DNA of 64,000 bases from Thermodesulfobacteriota bacterium (GTDB lineage: Bacteria; Desulfobacterota_D; UBA1144; Nemesobacterales; JAJCZQ01). Where the stretch lies: contig OZ244044.1 in assembly GCA_965215275.1 (NCBI GenBank), positions 256,001 to 320,000 on the forward strand, written 5' to 3'. The notes below the pieces were generated by a model, which ran no database searches, was not told the origin of the DNA, and saw nothing but the letters and a program-made list of their open reading frames with translations. Position numbers and translations under genes: made by a program. Of this stretch, positions 32,801 through 42,370 are shown one piece after another; the first letter of the stretch is position 1, and every line of letters starts with the position of its first letter.

Positions 32801-33484
32801 TTATGAACCACTCCACTTTCCTCTTTGTGTTCTGTGTTTTAAAGACCTTTCAAGTTCTGACAGGAACCTCTTTCTGTCTATATTAACGGCACCTAAACTC
32901 ATCATGTGTTCAGTGGTCACCTGCGAATCTATGAGATCAAAGTCCCACTCTTTACATTTCTGCACAAGAAAATATAAAGCGACCTTTGACGCGTTATCCA
33001 CGCTGTGAAACATCGATTCACCGAAAAACGCAGAACCGAGCGACACTCCGTATAAACCACCTACCATATTACCTTCTGAATAAGTCTCAACTGAATGAGC
33101 ATAACCCTCCTTGTGCAGCTTGTTATACGAATCGATCATATCAGAAGTGATCCATGTTCCGGATTCTTCCTTCCTGACGACCTCGGAACATTTTTTTATA
33201 ACCAAATCAAAATCAGTGTCAAATCTGACCTGAAATCTGCCCGATCTGACCACCTTCATAAAACTCCTTCCCGGCGTATAATTATCAGGATAAAGAACAC
33301 ATCTGGGATCAGGTGAGAACCACAGTATCGGTTCTCCTTCCGAGTACCATGGAAAGATACCGCTCCTGTATGCCAGAAGCAGTCTCTCAACGCTCAGATC
33401 ACCGCCAACGGCAACTAATCCAGAAGGTTCAGCATCAGCAGGGTCAGGAAAAACAAGCTCATCCGTCAGGCAGTAAACCGGCAT
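32801..33484 (-). CDS. aat: Leucyl/phenylalanyl-tRNA-protein transferase
   Basis: GGDLS..RLLLAY..GIFPW, GGLYGV..G..FFGESMF. Confidence 0.95.
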   Translation of the reverse strand: MPVYCLTDELVFPDPADAEPSGLVAVGGDLSVERLLLAYRSGIFPWYSEGEPILWFSPDPRCVLYPDNYTPGRSFMKVVRSGRFQVRFDTDFDLVIKKCSEVVRKEESGTWITSDMIDSYNKLHKEGYAHSVETYSEGNMVGGLYGVSLGSAFFGESMFHSVDNASKVALYFLVQKCKEWDFDLIDSQVTTEHMMSLGAVNIDRKRFLSELERSLKHRTQRGKWSGS

Positions 33485-33494
33485 AATTAAAAAC

Positions 33495-33767
33495 TCATTC
33501 AGGGTCCGTGTGACCCAGTTCCTTTTCTGGAACTATTTCATCTCTTATAATTCTCTTTAAAACTTTGATTTCCGGAAAACCCCCTTTTTCTTTCCGAGAC
33601 CATACTGTTTTACCATTGGCATACACCTCAAATACCCCTCCCGTCGAGGGAACCAAGGTCAGTTCATCTATTTCCTTGCTGAAAGTGCTGAGCAACTCCT
33701 GAGCGATCCGTGCACTTCTGGTAAGCCACCCGCACTGGACGCAATACACTATTTTTACTACGTTCAT
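33495..33767 (-). CDS. SelT/SelW/SelH (Rdx) family protein
   Basis: YCVQCGW..R...AQELLSTF, GGVFEV, GGFPE. Confidence 0.88.
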   Translation of the reverse strand: MNVVKIVYCVQCGWLTRSARIAQELLSTFSKEIDELTLVPSTGGVFEVYANGKTVWSRKEKGGFPEIKVLKRIIRDEIVPEKELGHTDPE

Positions 33768-33884
33768 ATTATTATAGGATAAATAAAATACGCATATAAT
33801 GGAATTATCTATTTAAATAAAAGAGAATGATCCCTGCATCCTGACATGATCTGTATCATTAAGAACAGAGAAAGAAGTTCATAC

Positions 33885-33913
33885 TTGACATTACAGTGGA
33901 ACAGAAGTAAAAT
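33885..33913 (+). promoter_or_regulatory. Distal promoter P1 of paralog 2
   Basis: TTGACA-17 bp-TAAAAT, 9 nt before ATG 33923. Confidence 0.7.
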
Positions 33914-33950
33914 ATCGCTATCATGAATATAAAAGAGCGTATCTCTGCTA

Positions 33951-33959
33951 CCCCCCCCC
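33951..33959 (+). repeat. First C9 tract of paralog 2
   Basis: Counted directly. Confidence 0.95.
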
Positions 33960-33967
33960 ATATATAC

Positions 33968-33996
33968 TTGACCTTTCAGCCGGAGATAAGCACAAT
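33968..33996 (+). promoter_or_regulatory. Proximal promoter-like P2 of paralog 2
   Basis: TTGACC-17 bp-CACAAT, 9 nt before ATG 34006; same geometry upstream of paralog 4. Confidence 0.45.
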
Positions 33997-34005
33997 AGTA
34001 CGATA

Positions 34006-36509
34006 ATGCTGAAGTTTCTACCCCCCCCCATAAATTATTAATTCCCTTTTTCTTTTTTCTGTGCCTTGTAAACGTTGGTGCATATGGTCAGACCAGCATT
34101 AATAACTGTGACTCCAGTGCAGCGGTCGAAGCTACTTTAAGACTGGATGGGTCAAAACGCGGAGGAAGTTTAGAGGATGCCGGTGGACTGCTTTACTTTC
34201 GGACACAGGTAAACACAGATAACATTTTTATTGCAGAGATAAGTGTAACCTTCACCTTCTCCAATGATCTGGGATACAGTTTACAGTTGTGTGACAGCAA
34301 TGATGATCTGATAGCAAGTACTACTGAAGTGACTTTGCTAGGGAACGCAGCGATAGCCACAATAAAAACCCGCCTCAGACGAGGAACGTACTATATAATT
34401 GTGGGAAGCAGTGGTGCTACACCCTACGAATTAGGTGTTTCATTTGCTGATTCTCAACAATTATTCAACGACTGTTCAGTTATCACTACCAATTTTCCAA
34501 ATGATCCCTTATACGGCTGTCAGTGGTATCTGAAATATCCAGGAAGTGATCTGACATTAGGCAATAAGCCAATAATCACTGGAGACAGAACAAATATAGA
34601 TATAAAAATAGAAGAGGTATGGGATGATAGTGTATTTGGAGCTGGGATTAACGTAGCGGTGGTAGATCATGGTATGGACACAGATCATGAGGACCTTGCT
34701 GACAACGTGGATACCGCACTTTCTCATGATTACTCCGGGAACAGCGACCTATACAGTCCTTCAAGTGGTCGTGGTACACGTGTAGCTGGCATTATAGCAG
34801 CAGTTGGTGATAACAGCCTTGGAGTAAGAGGTGTAGCACCTCAGGCAGGCATCTACAGTTATAATTTAGCTGGTAACTTCAGTGATACTAACGCAAAGGA
34901 CGCCATGGTCCGTAATATGGATACAACGGCTGTATCTGTCAACAACTGGGGACCGAAGGACCTTCCTGTTCTTACAGAGGCTTCATCAGAGTGGGAAGAA
35001 GGAGTGGAAACGGGTATAAGAGAAGGTTTTGGTGGTAAAGGTGTGTTTTACGTATGGGCGGCAGGGGATGGACATGAAGGATCAGATCAGGCTAATTTTA
35101 ATGAGTATTCCAGCTACTACGCAGTAACTACCGTATGTTCAGCAGAGGTCGTAAAGCTCGGTAATGATTCGAAGTTTGTTACCAAGAGTTCTTTTTCAGA
35201 AGAGGGAGTAAATCTATGGGTATGTGCACCGGGTTCTGATATTGTAACTACCGACAATAACGATGGTTATACTTTTGAGTTCCCTGGAACATCAAATTCA
35301 GTTGCTGTCGTTTCAGGAATAGCAGCACTGATAAGAGAGGTAAACAGTGATATTAGCTGGAGGGACCTGAAACTGATACTGGCAGGTTCAGCTCGCCATA
35401 CTCTCAGCAATACTAATCATCTCTTTTTCGACGACCAAAACTGGAGGACAGAAACATTTAAATACGGTTCTGATTCAGAGCAGTATTCTTACAATCCAAA
35501 GTTCGGTTTTGGCATGGTAGACGCCGCTGCGGCAGTAGAACTTGCCGAAAATTGGACCAATGTTCCACCGCCAATGAGACCCGTGACGGTTTCCTCGGGT
35601 AATATCAATACGGTTATCCCAGACTTCAGAACGGGAAACGCAGAAGATGTTTCCGCTGTTTTCAAACTGACCGTACCTGATATAGATATACCAGATACTG
35701 AGGTATTTACAGAATTTATAGAGATAAATCTCAATTTCACTCACCCTTTCTTTCCTTTTTTAGATATAGAAATAACCTCCCCTGACGGTACCCTGTCGAA
35801 ACTCACTGAGGCATATCCAGCAGATGCAATATCACATTTATCTGACAGATCTCTTACTATAGACGACTTTGACTACACGGGCAGAGATCATCGTTTTGGT
35901 TTAGCTAAACATTTAGGAGAAAACCCTGCTGGAGAGTGGACTTTAAAGATAACTAATAATTCACCTGCAGGTACGGGGACCTTACACTCATGGAACATTA
36001 AGGTCTATGGTCATATGTCTGGTGAGACGCCGACGTTTAACAACTGGACCATACCTGATAAGAACTACGTGCCGGGAACTGCAATAAAGGAAACACTGCC
36101 TGAGGCAACAGCAGGGAATGGAGAATTAACCTACAGCCTTTCCCCTCTTTTACCAGATGGAGTTACTTTCAGTGAAGCTGACAGAGTGCTTAGCGGAACA
36201 CCAACTGCTGTATCTTCTGGCAGTTATACATATACCGTAACGGATGAAGATGGAGATAAGGATGAGCTGAGCTTTACTATCAGGGTAACAACTACGCCTC
36301 CAGGACCAACGGACCCACCACCAACAACAGGACCAAGACCACGAAGACCGACATCATCAGGTAGTGATGGAGGCGGAGGTGGAGGAGGATGCGTGATATC
36401 TGATCAGAGCGAAGCCGTTCCTGATATGCTCACAGCAGTGGCATCTCTGATGCTTATACCTGTATCCGTTGTTATCAGAAGAAAGATAAGGTCTCGGATA
36501 AAGACCTGA
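34006..36509 (+). CDS. Paralog 2: kexin-like S8 pseudo-protease + P-domain + Ig-like domain + GGGGC-TM tail; frameshifted at C9
   Basis: ATG 34006 gives MLKFLPPPINY*. One extra C gives MLKFLPPPHKLLIPFFFFLCLVNVGAYG, in frame with ORF 34287..36509. Near-identical to paralog 1. Confidence 0.88.
34021..34029 (+). repeat. Second C9 tract of paralog 2
   Basis: Counted directly. Confidence 0.95.
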
Positions 36510-36875
36510 CAACGCGGTCGGTCCTTTCCAAGGCACCTAACGGAGTGAGATCTCCCGAACGCTCTCTTTAATAAAGGAAACTTTATACTGGATGGGAAAA
36601 CCTGTGCTCCCGATGGGTCCTGAACATATTATAAACCAGAAGGAGACGGGAATAAGAGAAGTATCCTGCACTCAAAACAGTATGCTTTTTGTTAAGTATA
36701 TAAGTCCGTTATATAAATACTGACTAATTGAACTTATTTTGACCCCTGTTTACTACAAATTATCCATTCTTTCAGAGGTTAGTTTCAAAATATAGTACTT
36801 ACTGAGTTAGTATTATTGAAAAATTGTGTTAATAGTTACTTTCCTATATCTGTATTTAGGAATGAAAACAAACCC

Positions 36876-38177
36876 ATGAAAATTCCCGAGGGATTTTACA
36901 AAGCCATAGACTACGGTCTGCTGGATTCCATATTTGCGAGAAGGTCCAGAAGATTTGGCATGGGTATGGAAATACCTGAAGGTAAATTACAATACAGGTC
37001 TGAACACAACCCTTATCCGTTGTCAGATATAGAAGAAGCGATCTTAATCTGGTCTGGAACGGGAACCACCGGATTATCACTTGGCGATATGCCAAGGACT
37101 GGAATATCATGGCTGTTCCAGTGGACAGGACGCAGCTGGCCGTGCTCGTGCAACTCCCATTCCACGGAGCTCTTTTACACCAACGACGACGGTGTATACA
37201 TGGTAAAGCTGTTTGACTTTATACCGGAAGATAATGCGATCTTTGCCGGTCTGACAAGAGAGGAGCAGATGGAAAAGGTCATGGAGCTTTTTAAGAAAAA
37301 CAGGATCAAACTGGAAAACGGCAGAGCTGAACTTCCAAAAGGCGAACCGGGTCTGTTTGATTTTAACGCCTGGAACTGCAACAAGCCTGGTACGACATTT
37401 TTCATACCTGTAACGAACACAACGGTGGAATACATGGTACTGCTTTTCATATATTTTGGCGCCAAGTACGGATTTAATATCATTGACGAGTTAAACGGAG
37501 GCAGGTCATGTGGTCTTGATAAATGGATCGATAAGGGATACATACGAAACGACGTCCGGCTTTCCCTTTTTGATCTTGAACTCAGGGTCCTGACGACACT
37601 TAACGTAGAGCAGGCCTTTATAAGTCAGAACATGAACCTTGCACTGCAGGCCCTTGGACTTGGGGGCTGGACGTTCACGGGTCTGCTTCCACACTATGCC
37701 CTGGGACTTGACCCAAAGTACAAAGGTTTAGGCTTCAGGTTTAACCGGCCTGATCGCTCGCTAAGGTCCACCAGGGCTGCCTATCCTGTCGGACGGGATG
37801 GGATCTTCGAATCTTTATCTCCCCCTTACGTAAAGGATATGAACGAAGCAGTGGACAGGTTCCTCGAAATAAGAGGCGAGTTCTGGAAAGAAGATAATCC
37901 TTATCCATACAACGAGCCGGGATCAGTTCTCAGTGGTGAATATATACCTTCCGAGGTCAGAGTTCAGATAGTCAAGGATTTCTGCAGTTACGTTTACGAA
38001 AATTATGGAAGATTTCCGGCTTTTTTAGACCCGATGTTCGTCAGGCTCGTTTTTCAGGCACACCATCTTGACATTGATTTTTACGATAAACACTACAAAG
38101 AAGATGCCTATACTGACATGCATAAAAACCACTTCAAGCTCTGGCATCCTGAGGTCAGCGACCCGTTTGAAGGATAA
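36876..38177 (+). CDS. Hypothetical protein, possibly nitroreductase-like fold
   Basis: IFARRSRRF near the N-terminus and QNMNLALQALGLGGW resemble FMN-binding nitroreductase motifs. Confidence 0.5.
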   Translation: MKIPEGFYKAIDYGLLDSIFARRSRRFGMGMEIPEGKLQYRSEHNPYPLSDIEEAILIWSGTGTTGLSLGDMPRTGISWLFQWTGRSWPCSCNSHSTELFYTNDDGVYMVKLFDFIPEDNAIFAGLTREEQMEKVMELFKKNRIKLENGRAELPKGEPGLFDFNAWNCNKPGTTFFIPVTNTTVEYMVLLFIYFGAKYGFNIIDELNGGRSCGLDKWIDKGYIRNDVRLSLFDLELRVLTTLNVEQAFISQNMNLALQALGLGGWTFTGLLPHYALGLDPKYKGLGFRFNRPDRSLRSTRAAYPVGRDGIFESLSPPYVKDMNEAVDRFLEIRGEFWKEDNPYPYNEPGSVLSGEYIPSEVRVQIVKDFCSYVYENYGRFPAFLDPMFVRLVFQAHHLDIDFYDKHYKEDAYTDMHKNHFKLWHPEVSDPFEG

Positions 38178-38229
38178 GTCGGATCTCAATGGCCTGTTCA
38201 GACGGTATTGCTAAGATCTGAATACAGGA

Positions 38230-38574
38230 TCAGTTCCCTTTTGTGATAAGTTCCTTGACCGATCCTGCAAATTCACTGGCAAATTCACGGAACTTTTCGG
38301 CGATCTCCTTATTGTTCGTGGCCTTCTCGTACGTATCGGCCATCTTCATGATAGTGAAATAACAGTGTCTGTTCATCTCGTTCACCTGCATCGACTTTGT
38401 CCAGAGATCAACCGTAAGAGTGTTACTTTCCTTTCTGTCCCAGAGAGAAAGGAACATTGCATCACACTGCTTTTCCTTCTGAGCTTCTGACTCGCTTGCC
38501 TGCCAGAGTATCTCTTCAGGAACATTCTCCTCGTTCAGCGTGACCCTTAAATTAATTTCAGCTTTCCTTGCCAT
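38230..38574 (-). CDS. GldC-family protein
   Basis: V.LNEENVPEEI.W.A, AMFLSLWD, DLWTKSM.VNEM, MADTYEKAT. Confidence 0.75.
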   Translation of the reverse strand: MARKAEINLRVTLNEENVPEEILWQASESEAQKEKQCDAMFLSLWDRKESNTLTVDLWTKSMQVNEMNRHCYFTIMKMADTYEKATNNKEIAEKFREFASEFAGSVKELITKGN

Positions 38575-38607
38575 ACAAGTGTCCTTACCGGTCATATAAA
38601 AGGAGAC

Positions 38608-38757
38608 CTACCACGGTAAGCTGTTCATAAGTGGCGCTATTTTAGGTCCGAACAGAGCAACCGAAGTGATCACTAACACAAGAGTACCCACGATGCCCAC
38701 TACGTTTATAATTACGAACTTTACGACCTTATCCAGCTGCTCATCAGTTAAATTCAT
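38608..38757 (-). CDS. 49-aa single-TM protein coupled to actF (not in ORF track)
   Basis: TGATG overlap with the actF stop; MNLTDEQLDKVVKFVIINVVGIVGTLVLVITSVALFGPKIAPLMNSLPW. Confidence 0.65.
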   Translation of the reverse strand: MNLTDEQLDKVVKFVIINVVGIVGTLVLVITSVALFGPKIAPLMNSLPW

Positions 38758-39959
38758 CAGTGATGACCTCCCTGTCCGATCTTGCCATCAAAGAACGGGT
38801 CCCCGAAAGGAATGATCGGATACTTGTTTATAAAAAGCAGAAAAGTGGTAATGAACGCTCCTATAAAACCCAGAGTAACCAGAATATAGGATATCCCGAA
38901 ACTTATATTGTCAGCCAGGGACGGTACGACCAGCAGGAACTTATCCATGAACAGTCCCGTGAAGGATACTGATGCGATAAAGACAAGTATAGGTGTAACT
39001 ATCTTGTTCGTTCTTGGTATCAGTGCGATAAAAGGAAATATGAAACAGGTCGTAAGTACCGCCCATGAGAACGTTCTGAAAGGCTCGTCAACGACCCTTT
39101 TTATTACAAAACCCGTTTCTTCCGGCATGTTCGCGTACCAGATGGGCAGGAACTGTGAAAACATCAGATAGACCCAGAAGAGCGAAAAACCCTGAAGTAT
39201 CTTTCCCATATCCCAGTAATGATACTGTCCGAGATATTCATTAAGTCCCAAGTACCTCTTAAGCACGACCGAGATGATTATCGTAAACCCTATTGCAGCG
39301 ATGAAACTTCCCATAAAATAGAACGGGCCGAACAGCGTGCTGAACCAGTGGGGGTCCAGGGACATCATAAAGTCCCATGCAAAAAAGCTGAACGTCAGAG
39401 CGTAAAGGATAACGACCGCCGGGGCCAGCTTCCTTAACTTCGGGAAATAACCATTGTTCCTGTCACTGCTCACGCCCTTGAGGTCCTGATCAAGTGATAT
39501 CCTTACGTAGAAGAAGCTCAGAACGATAAGAACGGCAAAGCCGATTATATTTCTCGCTGATACAAGTCCCATATCGAGCCAGACGTCCTTAGGATGATGA
39601 TAATGCTCGGTAGCGTACGGCAGGACCTCGTTCTTACCCACGAACAGGATTATCAGCAGTAAAATAAACCCGACCGGTATGAACGAACCAAATCCTTCAC
39701 TTATCCTTAAAAAGCTCCTGCCCCATCTTGCGTCCGTTATCCTCAGCACACAGGAAAACACTATCCCCGCCTGTGCCACTCCGGTCCAGAAAAGGAAATT
39801 CACCAGAAATATCTGCCAGATATCCTTTGAGTTCTCCCCACTCGCGTTAATGGCAAAAGTTGCAAATCCCACGATCGCGAACGTAAGGAACAGGTATATC
39901 ACCCATCGGGGTACCTGGTTCCGTTTGTTTAATATTTCGTTTTTTATATCCGTATCCAT
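38757..39959 (-). CDS. actF: Alternative complex III subunit F
   Basis: Multi-TM; DFMMSLDPHWFST, FSQFLPIWYANMPEET; operon position. Confidence 0.88.
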   Translation of the reverse strand: MDTDIKNEILNKRNQVPRWVIYLFLTFAIVGFATFAINASGENSKDIWQIFLVNFLFWTGVAQAGIVFSCVLRITDARWGRSFLRISEGFGSFIPVGFILLLIILFVGKNEVLPYATEHYHHPKDVWLDMGLVSARNIIGFAVLIVLSFFYVRISLDQDLKGVSSDRNNGYFPKLRKLAPAVVILYALTFSFFAWDFMMSLDPHWFSTLFGPFYFMGSFIAAIGFTIIISVVLKRYLGLNEYLGQYHYWDMGKILQGFSLFWVYLMFSQFLPIWYANMPEETGFVIKRVVDEPFRTFSWAVLTTCFIFPFIALIPRTNKIVTPILVFIASVSFTGLFMDKFLLVVPSLADNISFGISYILVTLGFIGAFITTFLLFINKYPIIPFGDPFFDGKIGQGGHH

Positions 39960-39989
39960 TATCTATGCAGTTCTCCTGAAACGGTCTCT

Positions 39990-40499
39990 TTAACGCTTTT
40001 TTTGCAAGCTCCTTATATAGTTGACCACGTTCCACGCGTCCACCTCTGAAATGCCCTCTCTGTAGCTCGGCATCATGACCTTTCCACCGTACCTTATATA
40101 CGCGTAAATAAATCCATCACTTCTCCGTGCCGTGCCAGGAGCTGTAAGGTTAACGGGATAAAATCCCTTTCCCGTCATTACTATGATCCCATCTCCCTTA
40201 CCCTTCGGTCCATGACAGACTGTGCAGTGTATATCAAAGACCTGTTTACCTCTTTCTATCGAGCTTTTGCTGTAAGGTACGGGACTTTTTTCAATAGCTT
40301 CTTTTTTCTCCCGAGGTTCTGGAGCGGAAGTATCACCATCTGTTGTCACGGAGTTCCTGGGATATACCAGAGGAGCTTCGTACGGCTGCTTAACGGGCTG
40401 CTCCCACATATCGTAGTTCCACGGGAACGAGTACGACTTCACGCCGTTTGAAAGCAGTATTGCAAACGCTAAAATTATGGTCAGTTTAAACTTGTTCAA
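39990..40499 (-). CDS. actE: ACIII monoheme cytochrome c subunit E
   Basis: DMWEQP, single CTVCH, MPSY. Confidence 0.85.
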   Translation of the reverse strand: MNKFKLTIILAFAILLSNGVKSYSFPWNYDMWEQPVKQPYEAPLVYPRNSVTTDGDTSAPEPREKKEAIEKSPVPYSKSSIERGKQVFDIHCTVCHGPKGKGDGIIVMTGKGFYPVNLTAPGTARRSDGFIYAYIRYGGKVMMPSYREGISEVDAWNVVNYIRSLQKKR

Positions 40500-40523
40500 T
40501 ACCTTGTTCCCTCCACAGTGTCC

Positions 40524-41042
40524 TTAGCTCTCCAGAGTGTCTACCTTGACCTCTTCTGCTCCCGTTGAGTTTAAAATATCCTTAACGTCCTGCATCTGCT
40601 CAGTGGAACAAACCACCATTACTCCGAACTTATCATCAGAGAACCGCGGGTCGTACATATTTACCGGTACTCTTTTTCTAAGCAGTGAATTGACCAGCAT
40701 ACCTATCAGGGTGAACAGCGCACCGAACAATACCGTCAGTTCGAACACTATCACCATATACGGAGGTATGGAAACTATAGGTTTGGCACTTACCGATATA
40801 GGCCAGTCCATAGAGGTAAGCACGGTAAAACCAAAACCGCACGTGGCACCCAGCAGTGCACCAAAAAGCGTAAAGAACCTTACGGGGCTTGGAGGCAGCT
40901 TCATTTCATCCTCGATCTCATGGTTCGGGAAAGGAGAAAATACCCTAAGTTCACTAAATCCCTCGGCCTTCAGCTTTTTAACGGCGTCAAGTACCGAGTC
41001 CAGATAAGAATATATGCCCAGTATTCCTTGATTTGCGTTCAT
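40524..41042 (-). CDS. actD: ACIII subunit D (DUF3341)
   Basis: FSPFP.H, FELTVLFGAL, YDPRFSDDKFG. Confidence 0.9.
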   Translation of the reverse strand: MNANQGILGIYSYLDSVLDAVKKLKAEGFSELRVFSPFPNHEIEDEMKLPPSPVRFFTLFGALLGATCGFGFTVLTSMDWPISVSAKPIVSIPPYMVIVFELTVLFGALFTLIGMLVNSLLRKRVPVNMYDPRFSDDKFGVMVVCSTEQMQDVKDILNSTGAEEVKVDTLES

Positions 41043-42370
41043 TTTCTGATCCCCTTTTTAGGCACGGGAAGTATCTCCTTTATTTCCGCTATTGAAACAG
41101 CGGGTAAGGTCTTTATAAATAACAGGAAGAACATAAAGAACCATGCAAAGCTGCCGACGGTTATTCCGATTTCAACCCAGGAAATTTTATAAACACCCCA
41201 AGCGGCAGGATCAAAGTCCCTTGAAAGTGATATAACGATTATATTGAACCTTTCAAACCACATGCCGATATTTATGAATATGGATATAATAAAAAGCGCC
41301 TTTAAGTTCATCCTTACGCTCTTCCACCAGAGCGGGAGCGGCGCCACCACGTTACAGATGATCATGACCCAGTAGAAGAAAGCATATTCCCCGGTGGCCC
41401 TGTACATGAACTGCTGGAATTCGAACGGACTTGAACTGTACCAGGCCATGAAGAACTCGACCCCGTACGCGTAACCCACGATACCGGATGTCAGAAGTAT
41501 GAGCTTTGCCATACCGTCATAGTTATCAAGGGTAATGTAGTCCTCAAGATGGAATATCTTTCGTATCGGTATCGTGAGGGTGATGACCATGCCAAGCCCC
41601 GAGAATATAGCACCTGCAACAAAATACGGTGCGAAGATCGTTGTGTGCCACCCCGGCACGTTACCCATTGCAAAGTCCCAGGAAACGACGCTGTGTACCG
41701 AAAGGACCAGAGGGGTCGCCAATGCTGCAAAGTAAAGGTAAGCCCTTCCGTAATGAAGCCATTCCCAGTTGGAACCTTTCCATCCAAAGGACAGTATGGT
41801 GTAGATTATCTTTCTCGGTACCTCTTTCACTTTATCCCTGATCGCGGCGATATCGGGTATCATCCCTATAAGAAAGAACAGCGAACTCACCGTGAGATAC
41901 GTACTGACAGCAAAAACGTCCCATACAAGTGGTGATTTAAAGTTGATCCACAGTTCTCTCTGGTTCGGGTACGGGAACAGCCAGTAGAAGTTCCAGGGCC
42001 TTCCAAGGTGCATTATAGGGAACAGCCCGGCAGTCAGGACCGCGAACACCGTCATGGCCTCGGAGATCCTGTATATGGACATTCGGAACTTTGCCCTGAA
42101 CAGGTAAAGGATAGCTGATATCAGAGTTCCTGAATGAGCAATACCGACCCAGAACACGAAATCCGTAATGTAAGTACCCCAGAAGACCGGATGTCTGTAG
42201 CCTGCAACGCCAAGTCCCGTGTAAACCTGGTATATAAAGCACATCAGTCCTATACCAACGAACGAAATGGATATCAAGAACAGCGCCCACCACTTGGCAG
42301 AAGGCTTATCAAGCATCCTGACAACGTCATTTGTAACCCTTGAATACGTCAGATTGTTCTCTATGCTCAT
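41039..42370 (-). CDS. actC: ACIII NrfD-family subunit C
   Basis: FVFWVGIAHSGTLISAIL, HLGRPW, SVHSVVSWDFA. Confidence 0.93.
   Translation of the reverse strand: MSIENNLTYSRVTNDVVRMLDKPSAKWWALFLISISFVGIGLMCFIYQVYTGLGVAGYRHPVFWGTYITDFVFWVGIAHSGTLISAILYLFRAKFRMSIYRISEAMTVFAVLTAGLFPIMHLGRPWNFYWLFPYPNQRELWINFKSPLVWDVFAVSTYLTVSSLFFLIGMIPDIAAIRDKVKEVPRKIIYTILSFGWKGSNWEWLHYGRAYLYFAALATPLVLSVHSVVSWDFAMGNVPGWHTTIFAPYFVAGAIFSGLGMVITLTIPIRKIFHLEDYITLDNYDGMAKLILLTSGIVGYAYGVEFFMAWYSSSPFEFQQFMYRATGEYAFFYWVMIICNVVAPLPLWWKSVRMNLKALFIISIFINIGMWFERFNIIVISLSRDFDPAAWGVYKISWVEIGITVGSFAWFFMFFLLFIKTLPAVSIAEIKEILPVPKKGIRK

Noticed and set aside
33495..33767. Selenoprotein
   Set aside because: The motif is CxxC with no in-frame TGA
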